Positions 24,718 through 33,379 of a stretch of DNA of 34,706 bases are shown in pieces (the stretch's first letter is position 1; each line of letters starts with the position of its first letter). The stretch comes from Spirochaetales bacterium. GTDB lineage: Bacteria > Spirochaetota > Spirochaetia > Sphaerochaetales > Sphaerochaetaceae. Location: assembly GCA_017632495.1 (NCBI GenBank), contig JAGBRG010000016.1, positions 1-34,706 on the forward strand, read 5' to 3'. Position numbers and translations under genes: made by a program. The notes under the pieces are model-generated. The model was not told the DNA's origin and did not search any database. It saw only the letters and a program-made list of their open reading frames with translations.

Positions 24718-25723
24718 GCTTTTCCACAACTTTGCCTATGATTTTGCAGCTTGGACTGTCCATTTTGCTTACAAAAGCCTCTGCATCGGACATTGGCATG
24801 AACAACAGCAGTCCTCCTGAAGTCTGAGGGTCATAACAGATGTCAATCAGCTCCTGCGTCACGGATGATGAAAAGCTCACCTTATCAAAAAGATAATCCT
24901 CGTTGGTGTAGCGGCCTTCGGGAATGAAGCCGAATCGTGCCAGTTCCAGCGCACCCTCTATCAGTGGAAGAGCTTTGGTTTCAATTTCTATGGTGACTTT
25001 TGAAGCTGATGCGCACTCCTGGCTATGGCCTGCAAGAGAAAAGCCTGTTACATCTGTTGCGGCATGGATGCGGTAGCTTCTGGCGGTATCGCGTGCTTTT
25101 TTATTAAGGCATGTCATGGAAGCCACGGCCTGCGCAACACTCTCAGAGGATGCTTCGTCAGCCTTTGCTGCTGTGTTGACAATGCCTACTCCAAGAGCTT
25201 TTGTGAGCACAGCGGCATCGCCCGGAAGGGCTCCCTTGTTGGACCAGACATCGTTTTTGTGCATGAAGCCTGTGACGCAAAGACCGTATTTCGGAGTCGG
25301 GTCGGCTATGGTGTGGCCACCTGCAATGACGGCACCGGCTTCTTTGACCTTGGAGATGCCGCCACGAAGAATCTGATCCATCACCTCAAGATCCAGACAT
25401 GACGGAAAACACAGAAGGTTCATGGCCACAGCAGGCTCTCCTCCCATGGCATAGACATCTGAAAGTGCATTTGCCGCCGCCACCTGGCCGAAGACATAAG
25501 GGTCATCCACCATCGGCGGGAAGAAGTCCACCGTCTGAACAGAGACTATGTCGTCGGTGACCTGGTATACAAGAGCATCGTCGGCGCTCTCAAAGCCTTC
25601 CAGAAGCTTATCGTTTTTCATAAGCGGAAGATTATCTATGATTCTGTGAAGCTTCTCAGGCGGTAGTTTGGCCGCGCAGCCGGAGGTCTTCACCATGCTT
25701 GTCAGTCTAATTCCTGTTTTCAT
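24692..25723 (-). CDS. selD: Selenide, water dikinase (selenophosphate synthetase) SelD, Cys-type
   Basis: N-terminal IRLTSMVKTSGCAAKLPPEKL (the catalytic Cys/Sec position is TGC at 25676-25678) with a PurM-like body of 343 aa. Confidence 0.95.
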   Translation of the reverse strand: MKTGIRLTSMVKTSGCAAKLPPEKLHRIIDNLPLMKNDKLLEGFESADDALVYQVTDDIVSVQTVDFFPPMVDDPYVFGQVAAANALSDVYAMGGEPAVAMNLLCFPSCLDLEVMDQILRGGISKVKEAGAVIAGGHTIADPTPKYGLCVTGFMHKNDVWSNKGALPGDAAVLTKALGVGIVNTAAKADEASSESVAQAVASMTCLNKKARDTARSYRIHAATDVTGFSLAGHSQECASASKVTIEIETKALPLIEGALELARFGFIPEGRYTNEDYLFDKVSFSSSVTQELIDICYDPQTSGGLLLFMPMSDAEAFVSKMDSPSCKIIGKVVEKQKKDVLFA

Positions 25724-25931
25724 AAACCTTCACGTAGATACCCTGCTGCTGTTCATAGACAGCTTCAAGGTTCTCATTCACATACTCCTGCCGCATCGGA
25801 CCTTCAAAGAACGCGCAGGTGCCGCAGGATGAGGACAGACTGCGGGGAACCGGACGCAGAGTGCATCCGGCTCCGACAGTCTTTTTAAAAAACATTGCCC
25901 CGTAGTGGTTGGCAAAAGTCGCAACCATCAT
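25707..25931 (-). CDS. DUF3343-like small protein (putative Se/S carrier associated with YedE/YedF)
   Basis: LRPVPRSLSSSCGTCAFF matches the DUF3343 P-x-P-..-s-CG core. ATG 25931 overlaps the yedF-like stop as ATGA. The track start at 25952 is possible but overlaps by 25 nt. Confidence 0.7.
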   Translation of the reverse strand: MMVATFANHYGAMFFKKTVGAGCTLRPVPRSLSSSCGTCAFFEGPMRQEYVNENLEAVYEQQQGIYVKVYENRN

Positions 25932-26131
25932 TTCGTTGCGCTGATTTTCCATTCTCCGTTAAGTTCTGTGGCCGTGACGTTGTACTTCATGGCTTTCAGA
26001 AAACGCTGAACATTCTCAAGCGGAGCTCTCTGGTCGACAAGAACATCGATACTCTTCGGATTGTCCTTGATAGCTTTCTTAGTTCTGATAATAGGTTCCG
26101 GACAGCTGAGTCCTCTGCAATCTATCTCCAT
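25928..26131 (-). CDS. TusA/SirA-fold sulfurtransferase-like protein, YedF family (selenium metabolism-associated)
   Basis: 67 aa with MEIDCRGLSCPEPIIRTKKAI (the CPxP motif). GAAGGAGG RBS. It starts 1 nt after the YedE-like stop. Confidence 0.85.
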   Translation of the reverse strand: MEIDCRGLSCPEPIIRTKKAIKDNPKSIDVLVDQRAPLENVQRFLKAMKYNVTATELNGEWKISATK

Positions 26132-26132
26132 G

Positions 26133-27215
26133 TCAGTCCTCCTTCTTTGCGAATGTCTTGATGCATGCGATGCACAGCAGAATTACGATACATGCTATGA
26201 CAGCAATCTTTCCTGCAGGCTTTACTCCGCCGCCGTCGGCAACGGCACCTGCGGCTCCTGCAAGACCGAAGTTATGTGAGAAAGCAGCTCCTGTAAGAAG
26301 ACCCAGGACAGTGATTGCGCTGTCGCTGTTACCCTCTCCCGCAAGGATCAGCTGTCTGAGCGGGCAGCCGCCGAGCATGCAGCATCCAAGCCCACATACG
26401 AACATTCCGAGGAAGTTCCAGATATGGGCATTATGTGCAACAGGCTGACCGACGAAACCAAGCTTGAAGTTACCTGTAATCAGGTTCATTGCCAGTGCAA
26501 AAACAAACAGTGCGATGAAACCGCAGATGAGTGTTCCGTCCTTCAGAAGATAAAGATCTCTGAAACCTCCAGCCATGCACATTCTTGTCCTCTGAGCCAG
26601 AATACCTACGGCAAGACCTGCAGCAAGGGAGATACCCACAGCAGCATGCATTGAGCCCGGACCTGATTCGGAGACTGCAAACAGAGTCGGAGCTGCAATG
26701 GCCAGAATCAGAAGAATGATGTTAACAATAGAGATGGCGCTGCCCTCAAGAGGTGCCTGACTGCGTGTTCTTCCGAGGGAGAAGCCCTTGGAAAGGAAGA
26801 ATGAACCTACTCCGATTCCGGCGGCAAAGCCCAAAAGACCGATAAGTGCATTCAGATCTCCTGCAGACAGTCTGAGAACCATTCTGAACGGACAGCCCAA
26901 AAAGGCAAGACATCCGATCATAACCATGAAACCGATGCTGAAACGGAGCATCGGGGATGAGCCGCCTCTTGCATTGAACTCCTTGGTACCAACACTGATT
27001 ACGAACGAACCCAGAATCAGACCGATGATTTCAGGTCTTATATATTTCACAGGCGCTGCCGTATGAAGCTTCAGTCCACCGGCAATATCGCGGATGAAAC
27101 ATGCGATACAGAAACCCATATTCTTCGGGTTGCCCAGAAGAACAAGAACAACAGCAATGATTCCGATAAGAGCTCCTGCAAGAGCGAGATTTCTCTTTTC
27201 TTTAGCAATAGTCAT
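26133..27215 (-). CDS. YedE/YeeE-family membrane protein (putative selenium/sulfur compound transporter)
   Basis: 360-aa polytopic protein with repeated Gly/Cys-rich TM motifs (GFCIACFIRD, LGCPFRM, GGCPLRQL) typical of YedE/YeeE. Confidence 0.85.
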   Translation of the reverse strand: MTIAKEKRNLALAGALIGIIAVVLVLLGNPKNMGFCIACFIRDIAGGLKLHTAAPVKYIRPEIIGLILGSFVISVGTKEFNARGGSSPMLRFSIGFMVMIGCLAFLGCPFRMVLRLSAGDLNALIGLLGFAAGIGVGSFFLSKGFSLGRTRSQAPLEGSAISIVNIILLILAIAAPTLFAVSESGPGSMHAAVGISLAAGLAVGILAQRTRMCMAGGFRDLYLLKDGTLICGFIALFVFALAMNLITGNFKLGFVGQPVAHNAHIWNFLGMFVCGLGCCMLGGCPLRQLILAGEGNSDSAITVLGLLTGAAFSHNFGLAGAAGAVADGGGVKPAGKIAVIACIVILLCIACIKTFAKKED

Positions 27216-27255
27216 TTTCTAACTCCTTTAAAACCATCCTACCATTATTCTTTTA

Positions 27256-27284
27256 TTCATACAATGGGCAATTTATGTTATACT
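27256..27284 (+). promoter_or_regulatory. Candidate promoter of the NifS-like gene (TTCATA, 17 nt, TGTTATACT extended -10)
   Basis: -35 TTCATA at 27256-27261. TG at 27276-27277 followed by TATACT at 27279-27284. Only 7 nt (CTCCACT, no SD) separate the -10 box from ATG 27292. Confidence 0.4.
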
Positions 27285-27291
27285 CTCCACT

Positions 27292-28434
27292 ATGAAACGC
27301 ATTTACATGGACAACGCCGCCACAAGTTTTCCAAAAGCTCCGGGCATCGGAGATACCATAAAGAACTTTCTGGAGCAGGACTGTGTGAACATAAACAGAA
27401 CAAACAGCCCCAAAGGCCTTTCCGTATTTGACAGACTCTACCACCTAAGGGAAACCATAGCCTCGATGATGGGCCTAAGTACGCCTGAAAGCGTCTGCTT
27501 CAGCAGTGGAATAACAGAGTCCCTGAACCAGATTATCAAAGGTCTGCTCACTCCTTCTGATCATGTCCTTGTATCTGCATGCGAACACAACAGTGTGATG
27601 CGGCCTCTTGTTCAAAGTAAGATTCCCTTCTCCCGCATCCCCTGCGACATCCAGGGCTATATCGTTACAGACAAGATAGAGGGCCTTATTCAGCCCAACA
27701 CAAAAGCCATGATCATCTGTGCGGCAGGAAATGTCTCAGGTGCCATCCAGGACATAGAAACAATAGCCCATATTGCCTATGAGAATCACATTTCTTTATT
27801 TATTGACAGCGCTCAGGCCATTCCAAATATCAGAATAGATATGGAAAAGCTCCATATTGCGGGAGTAGCATTCACCGGTCACAAAGGCCTACTCGGCCCC
27901 GAAGGAACCGGAGGCCTTGCCCTTTCCAAGTCAACAGCACTTCAGATTACGCCCCTGATCAGCGGAGGAACAGGAAGCCAAAGTGACAGCGAGGATATTC
28001 CCACCACGTTGCCTGACAGACTGGAAGCCGGAACGCAGAATATCCCAGGGCTTCTTGCCTTGGACAAAAGCCTGTCCTATGTTCTGGAAAACAGAGAATC
28101 TCTTCTGGAAAATGAGCGTAGTATGACATGTCTGCTTTACGAAGGTCTTTCTTCAATTCCAGGCATAAAGATTGTAGGAGCACCTCTTGATAGGCCAAGG
28201 ACAAGTGTGATTTCTGTTGTCTCCGATACAATGGACATTGCGGAAATTTCAGCAATCCTGAGTGAGCGTTACAACATAGACACCAGAGTCGGCATGCACT
28301 GCTCCCCTTCAAGCCATACTGCCTTGGGAACCTTCCCCATAGGAACATTGCGCTTTTCTCCGGGACCGTTCACAACAGAGGATGAAGTTCTGACAACAAT
28401 CAGTGCAATGAAGGAGATTTTCTGTATAGGTTAA
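27292..28434 (+). CDS. Class V aminotransferase: cysteine desulfurase / selenocysteine lyase family (NifS-like)
   Basis: RIYMDNAATSFPK N-terminus, the PLP-lysine block FTGHKGLLGPEGTGGL and RFSPGPFTT near the C-terminus. It is divergent from the selenium operon. Confidence 0.9.
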   Translation: MKRIYMDNAATSFPKAPGIGDTIKNFLEQDCVNINRTNSPKGLSVFDRLYHLRETIASMMGLSTPESVCFSSGITESLNQIIKGLLTPSDHVLVSACEHNSVMRPLVQSKIPFSRIPCDIQGYIVTDKIEGLIQPNTKAMIICAAGNVSGAIQDIETIAHIAYENHISLFIDSAQAIPNIRIDMEKLHIAGVAFTGHKGLLGPEGTGGLALSKSTALQITPLISGGTGSQSDSEDIPTTLPDRLEAGTQNIPGLLALDKSLSYVLENRESLLENERSMTCLLYEGLSSIPGIKIVGAPLDRPRTSVISVVSDTMDIAEISAILSERYNIDTRVGMHCSPSSHTALGTFPIGTLRFSPGPFTTEDEVLTTISAMKEIFCIG

Positions 28435-29236
28435 GTGTAAAAACACCGATTGCCGCAACGCATCCGGCTACCCACAACTCAACAGACCAAAGCGACACAA
28501 GGCCGCGCTGATAAAGAGCCGGGAAAGAATCCATCAGCATATGAAGAATGATGGCAAGAGGAAGATAAGCCTTCTTTGAATTGACAACCCCGTAGAACAC
28601 AAACACAGAAAGCTCAATATGCAGAATCAAAGCAAACAGCCTCTCGATGACATTCATGGCCATTGAAGAATAACCGAAATTTGCAGCCGCCCAAACAGCC
28701 GGAAGAGCGGCCGATGCAGTTTCTTCTGTGATTTTCAGTGTACTGAGAGCCTTTTCCAAATCTCCTGTCGAAAACAGCACCGCAATCATAAGGTATGAAA
28801 TAATCGAAGGCAGAATCACCACCAAAATCTCAATCCCGCCGTGTCCGATACCGTACATAACAGCATTTTCACGTGTGCGGTTCGTCTTCAGTATGTGTCT
28901 CATTATGATGTGACGTCCGCACTCCTCAAAAACACCTGCCATGGTAATCCCATAGAGGACGAAAGCCAGAGTATTGCCTGTGATGAATCTGGAAACGGGA
29001 TTATCTGAAAGGATGCAGAAATAATGCACGCCCAGTTCCAGAACACGGGCAGAGACAACGAATCCTATCGCACCGGCAATAAGATAGCTGTAATTTGTCT
29101 GTCCCCTGTGTTTCCTTCTCCAGAAAATGAAGGCGGCAATAGGAATCGCTATCATCAGAAAGACAGTGATGGCCAGCGAAGGAATGCTGTTTTTTCCTAT
29201 AACAATGCTCTCAAATACTGCCATTGTCTGGTTCAT
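28400..29236 (-). CDS. YhfC-family intramembrane metalloprotease-like protein
   Basis: 278 aa with about 7-8 TM segments. FEECGRHIIMR and YGIGHGGIEIL blocks resemble YhfC/CPBP-type intramembrane proteases. The 3' end overlaps the convergent NifS-like gene by 35 nt. Confidence 0.7.
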   Translation of the reverse strand: MNQTMAVFESIVIGKNSIPSLAITVFLMIAIPIAAFIFWRRKHRGQTNYSYLIAGAIGFVVSARVLELGVHYFCILSDNPVSRFITGNTLAFVLYGITMAGVFEECGRHIIMRHILKTNRTRENAVMYGIGHGGIEILVVILPSIISYLMIAVLFSTGDLEKALSTLKITEETASAALPAVWAAANFGYSSMAMNVIERLFALILHIELSVFVFYGVVNSKKAYLPLAIILHMLMDSFPALYQRGLVSLWSVELWVAGCVAAIGVFTLNLYRKSPSLH

Positions 29237-29247
29237 ATTAAACTCCC

Positions 29248-30336
29248 TTAAAGCAATTCGTCCCGCTTTGCAAGGATTTCTTCAATGTAAGGACGATAAT
29301 CTGTCTCCGTACGGCTACGAAGAAGTTCCGTAATCTCGCTTATCAGAGAAAACAGCGGAGTAAGAGCCAGATTCGCAGTCACTCCTTTCAGAGCATGAGC
29401 CGTCTCAAAGCCCTTTTTCAGATCCCCTGTTTCGTATATCTCGCGCAAGGAATCAAACGAAGGATCGTGAATCGCCTTATCAACAAGTCTGAGATAAAGA
29501 GATTCGTTGTTGACGCAACGCTGAAGTCCCTCATCGACGTTTGCACCGAAAGATCGCAGTTTATCAATTGTCAGCATCATGGTTGAGCCGGTTGTTGAAG
29601 TGATTCTCCCAAAAAGTTCCTGAGCCGAGGCTGAATCAATAATGTTGTAGGATCTGTAGAATTCAAAGAGATTGGAATTCTTGAAGGAGTGACCCTTGAT
29701 AATGTAATCGCCGTCATTGTCGATTATGGAAAGCTCGGCGCTTATAAACTCTTCCTTCGGGAAAATCCATTTCTCTTCCAACTCTGCAACAGGCAGAATA
29801 CGCAGCAGCACGGCTTTTCTGTGAGTGTCAGTATCTGGATCTTTGAGCGAGATAATATTACAGAAAGCTATGGACTGTTCGCCGTTAATCGGGTTCGTAT
29901 AAGCACGTGAAATGTTGATTGATTCCCCTATTTCACTTATCCAGCTCAGGTCGTTTAACAGGTCCATCTGACCGTAAGAGACGGAATAATCATCACTGTC
30001 ATTCTGCTTGGCCTTGGTAGACAGGCCGGACAGGGTATCGGCATACACGATGTGCACAGAAGCATTCGGAAGAACGTGAGAAATACGGATAAAGGAAACG
30101 GCCTCTTCAATGGTCAGGTCCTTGCTGTTGATATATCGAGCCCACACATCACAAATACGCTGCTCACCTTCCAGGTAATTCTCGGTGACATGCTTCATTG
30201 TGATTGTGGTGTTTTCAAAGTGCTCTATCTGCATAAGCTTTGAATTCCGATTCTCTGAACTGGAATACAGAGCCACAAAAGTCAGCAGAGCTACCATGAT
30301 GAAAATGTTGACAACAATTACCCAGATTTTCTTCAT
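29248..30336 (-). CDS. Membrane-anchored sensor-like (Cache-like) domain fused directly to an Hpt phosphotransfer domain
   Basis: N-terminal TM (IWVIVVNIFIMVALLTFVALY), a Cache-like stretch (RAYTNPINGEQSIAFCNIISL), and a C-terminal Hpt domain with the phospho-His motif AHALKGVTANL. Confidence 0.7.
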   Translation of the reverse strand: MKKIWVIVVNIFIMVALLTFVALYSSSENRNSKLMQIEHFENTTITMKHVTENYLEGEQRICDVWARYINSKDLTIEEAVSFIRISHVLPNASVHIVYADTLSGLSTKAKQNDSDDYSVSYGQMDLLNDLSWISEIGESINISRAYTNPINGEQSIAFCNIISLKDPDTDTHRKAVLLRILPVAELEEKWIFPKEEFISAELSIIDNDGDYIIKGHSFKNSNLFEFYRSYNIIDSASAQELFGRITSTTGSTMMLTIDKLRSFGANVDEGLQRCVNNESLYLRLVDKAIHDPSFDSLREIYETGDLKKGFETAHALKGVTANLALTPLFSLISEITELLRSRTETDYRPYIEEILAKRDELL

Positions 30337-30427
30337 CGTGTTTTCCGCTTTCCCTACAATCTGTCAAACGTCGCTGTCATTATACTCCCCAATAAATGGA
30401 TTTACCAAACTGTATGCAAATCTTCTT

Positions 30428-31915
30428 TCAACTACGTCCGATGAAGCTGAAATCACACTCCGTCCCAGGGTCCAGTGGATAGATTGGGCGTCTGAGGTTC
30501 CCATACGGAAGCCTTGTGAAAATCTCATTGGAGCTGCCGTCCGTCAGAACCATTATCGAACGCTTTGCTATGGCCCTGATTTCGGGCTCCAAGTAACCGA
30601 GTTTGACGACAATCACCTTGCACTTTTCGGGGCAGACGCCAAGAGCTCTCATCATCTCGGGATCATAGCAACCCACATGCTTGGATGTCACAACCACATC
30701 AATGCCGCCGATGTCCACAAGGACCATGTCGGTGTTCTGAGCCCCCTCCCAGCTGCGGCAGACAGCTTTGACAAGAGCATTTACAGAAATGGGTGTGCTT
30801 GTGACACTGTCAAATGATGCCCCCAGTTTCCCGATGACATGGTTCCCAACCCCGGTATCAAGAGCCTTTGAGCAGAAAGACGGGTCATAGATAGCCTGAT
30901 AGCACAAAGGTGGATCCAAGGCGGCAAGCCTCTTGTCTGCGATAATGGCCTTGAGGAAATTGGTCACATCCTGCGAAGACCCTGCTGTGGGGTTGTCTCC
31001 GCTGTCAGAGAGAACCACAGGAAAGATTCCGGCTTTCAAACTCTCACAGGTATGGTCAATCGCATCACCTACCTCGCGAGTTTCGTTATAGAAGCAGAAC
31101 TCGCTTCTTGTGTCCCAGAACTCATGTGCAAGCTCCAGTACAGTATCGTCCGCAGTCTTCTGACAGTCATCGCTGACTACAACCGCAGAGACCCCGTTCT
31201 CCTTCACATCAGCCCAGGGGAACCCCAGAAGGAAAGATGCACCTATGATATGAGGTCTTTTCTCCACTTGCCTAAGCATATCAGTCAGCCTCTTCATGGG
31301 CTGGACGTTGGTTTCCGACTGCTCCCCAGCAATTATGAACGGAAGATAGACGGCAGCCATGTATGGCTTTACACCATCCTCCAGCACATGTCTTGTGATC
31401 TTCGCAGCAAGAAAGCCCGTCTCATAGGTATCGGTATGAGGTGCGCATTTATAGCCCACAAAGCAATCGGCATTTTTCATCATCTTTTCCGTGATGGTGG
31501 CATGCATATCAAGCGACGCTATTATCGGTATATCGGGGCAAAGGCGGCGGATTTCTTCCAAAAGATACCCTTCCGCCTCCCCAAGTCCCCTGACCCTCAT
31601 GGAGCCGTGTAGACTCAGACACAGTGCATCAAGCGGCAAAGAGGCCTTCAGGGACTCAAGAAACTCCCTAGCAAGAACCATGAAATAGTCATAGTCCCAT
31701 TCCCCGTTCGGAACAGCACGGGCAATAAGTCCGGGTGCAACATCATAGCCTGCGGACACAAGGGTGTCTATTATGCCGTTGATCGACTCCTTACCCTTGC
31801 TTGTAAGCAGCTGCTGTCCCCTTACAACCCAAATATCATCTTTCGATGTCAGAATCGGGTTGAATGTATCCGACTCATGATGCATCCCGCCGACAAATAC
31901 TTTTCTTCGCTTCAT
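30428..31915 (-). CDS. M81-family metallopeptidase (MlrC-like)
   Basis: N-terminal VFVGGMHHESDTFNP (the DUF1485/MlrC N-terminal motif). The 495-aa length is typical of the family. Confidence 0.8.
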   Translation of the reverse strand: MKRRKVFVGGMHHESDTFNPILTSKDDIWVVRGQQLLTSKGKESINGIIDTLVSAGYDVAPGLIARAVPNGEWDYDYFMVLAREFLESLKASLPLDALCLSLHGSMRVRGLGEAEGYLLEEIRRLCPDIPIIASLDMHATITEKMMKNADCFVGYKCAPHTDTYETGFLAAKITRHVLEDGVKPYMAAVYLPFIIAGEQSETNVQPMKRLTDMLRQVEKRPHIIGASFLLGFPWADVKENGVSAVVVSDDCQKTADDTVLELAHEFWDTRSEFCFYNETREVGDAIDHTCESLKAGIFPVVLSDSGDNPTAGSSQDVTNFLKAIIADKRLAALDPPLCYQAIYDPSFCSKALDTGVGNHVIGKLGASFDSVTSTPISVNALVKAVCRSWEGAQNTDMVLVDIGGIDVVVTSKHVGCYDPEMMRALGVCPEKCKVIVVKLGYLEPEIRAIAKRSIMVLTDGSSNEIFTRLPYGNLRRPIYPLDPGTECDFSFIGRS

Positions 31916-31924
31916 GTTCAGCTG

Positions 31925-32608
31925 TTACCGTTTCAATGTTTTAAGATACTTTTTTTGCTCATCCTTGATTCTGAAGCTCTCAATACTTTTCTGAATGGCC
32001 TTGTTATGAGTCCAGGTATCAAGCTTCTTTTCCTCAATAAAAGGCAGAATGCTTTCATATTGCTTTGCAAGAGCTGTTGCAAAATACCAGGCGATCATCA
32101 TGTTGACATAGTATTCTTCACTTCTGATCTTTGCGACCATCTCGGGATAAACAATATCAAAGTCGTCATCCAGAAAATGCTCCATCAGCATGCCTACCCC
32201 GAACCGGATTGTGTATGTTTTATCAGATTTAATCCACTCTTTGATGTGAGAGAGAAGCACTTCCTTGTGTTTCTTAAAGACCTTCGGAGACATCTGGTCG
32301 CAAGTTGCCCAGTTGTCCACATACGGGAGAAACCTCTCCAAATCCTCCATGCACTCTTTGATGTCTTTTATCCCGGATATGATAAAAGCATGCAGCTGGT
32401 TTTCTTCAAAATACTTATGAGGCAGATCCTCAAGAAAATCACTATATTCCCCTGCTTTCAGAATTTCTTTTGCCAAAGCCCTGAGATCCGGAGTCCTCAC
32501 ACCGATGACCGAATCCGGATTTACGGTCGGGATTATCTTTTTCTGCATATCGCGGTACTTAAGATCCTGAAGACTGAACATTTTCTTAAGTAAGTTTTCT
32601 TTTTTCAT
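31925..32608 (-). CDS. DNA alkylation repair protein (AlkD-like HEAT-repeat family)
   Basis: 227 aa. IGVRTPDLRALAKEI and WATCDQ are typical of the DNA_alkylation (AlkD/AlkC-like) family. Confidence 0.8.
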   Translation of the reverse strand: MKKENLLKKMFSLQDLKYRDMQKKIIPTVNPDSVIGVRTPDLRALAKEILKAGEYSDFLEDLPHKYFEENQLHAFIISGIKDIKECMEDLERFLPYVDNWATCDQMSPKVFKKHKEVLLSHIKEWIKSDKTYTIRFGVGMLMEHFLDDDFDIVYPEMVAKIRSEEYYVNMMIAWYFATALAKQYESILPFIEEKKLDTWTHNKAIQKSIESFRIKDEQKKYLKTLKR

Positions 32609-33363
32609 GGTCTGTCTCTCCTGTACATAATCATTTCCAGAAGCTCTTTCACATATAATTTCGGATGACTTATGGAATACTCCCCGTGATACAATCCATC
32701 CTTTATCTCGAGTGTACTTTTCGGCAGCATTGAATGAAGCATCTTTGCTGATTGAAGCATGGTTTTCCGTTCCTTCTCTCCGACCACGATCCGGATTTCA
32801 GCCTGACAGCTTTGAAGTTCCCGTTTTGCTTCATAGGCAGTATTCGCTTTCAGAAACGCGATCATGTCGGCTTTCGCAATCTGGCAGGTATCACGATAAT
32901 ACTCCTCAAACAAATCCGGTCTCATATGCAGTGATTGGAATTGAACCTTCGCAAAACTCCTGTTTTTAATCAGACCGTAACTGCTGCCAAAGGTCGGAGC
33001 GATCAATGCATTCGTCAGCCTGGACGGGATGACTGACGCACTTTCCACTATGGCATATCGGCAAACATCATTTTTATGTGACAGAATCTCCAGAACTATC
33101 TGCGCCCCGAGTGACAGGCCTCCGAGAAGCAGGACGGAACCTCCCAGTTCGTGATTTACAAAGGAGATTATCTCTGCCGCATTGTCTTCGATGGTCTTGA
33201 AGGCTCTGTCACTTCCCGCATGTCCGTCAAGAACAGGCAGGATGACCCGATAATCCTGCTGAAGCAGTTCTGCCTCATCCCTGTAACTCCACCACGACAG
33301 TCCTCCGCCATGGAGCAGCATGATGGTTTCATCCTTCTCCGAACCGTATACTTTGAACTTCAC
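32605..33363 (-). CDS. Alpha/beta-fold hydrolase
   Basis: HGGG oxyanion region (IMLLHGGGLSWW) and a nucleophile elbow GLSLGA (G-x-S-x-G). ATGA overlap with the downstream gene. Confidence 0.8.
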   Translation of the reverse strand: MKFKVYGSEKDETIMLLHGGGLSWWSYRDEAELLQQDYRVILPVLDGHAGSDRAFKTIEDNAAEIISFVNHELGGSVLLLGGLSLGAQIVLEILSHKNDVCRYAIVESASVIPSRLTNALIAPTFGSSYGLIKNRSFAKVQFQSLHMRPDLFEEYYRDTCQIAKADMIAFLKANTAYEAKRELQSCQAEIRIVVGEKERKTMLQSAKMLHSMLPKSTLEIKDGLYHGEYSISHPKLYVKELLEMIMYRRDRP

Positions 33364-33379
33364 CAGTTGTCACCTCACC

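Noticed and set aside
25676-25678. Possibility that SelD is itself a selenoprotein (in-frame TGA at the active-site position), or that any ORF in the window is interrupted by a Sec codon.
   Set aside because: The active-site codon is TGC (Cys). All genes abut each other as complete ORFs, so no gap suggests a TGA-split selenoprotein gene or a SECIS element.
31877-32593. 238-aa plus-strand ORF opposite the AlkD-like gene. Similar ORFs at 30185-30817 and 31052-31612 lie opposite the Hpt and M81 genes.
   Set aside because: The minus-strand products carry recognisable family motifs (IGVRTPDLRALAKEI; GGMHHESDTFNP; AHALKG). The plus-strand translations are low-complexity with no motifs.
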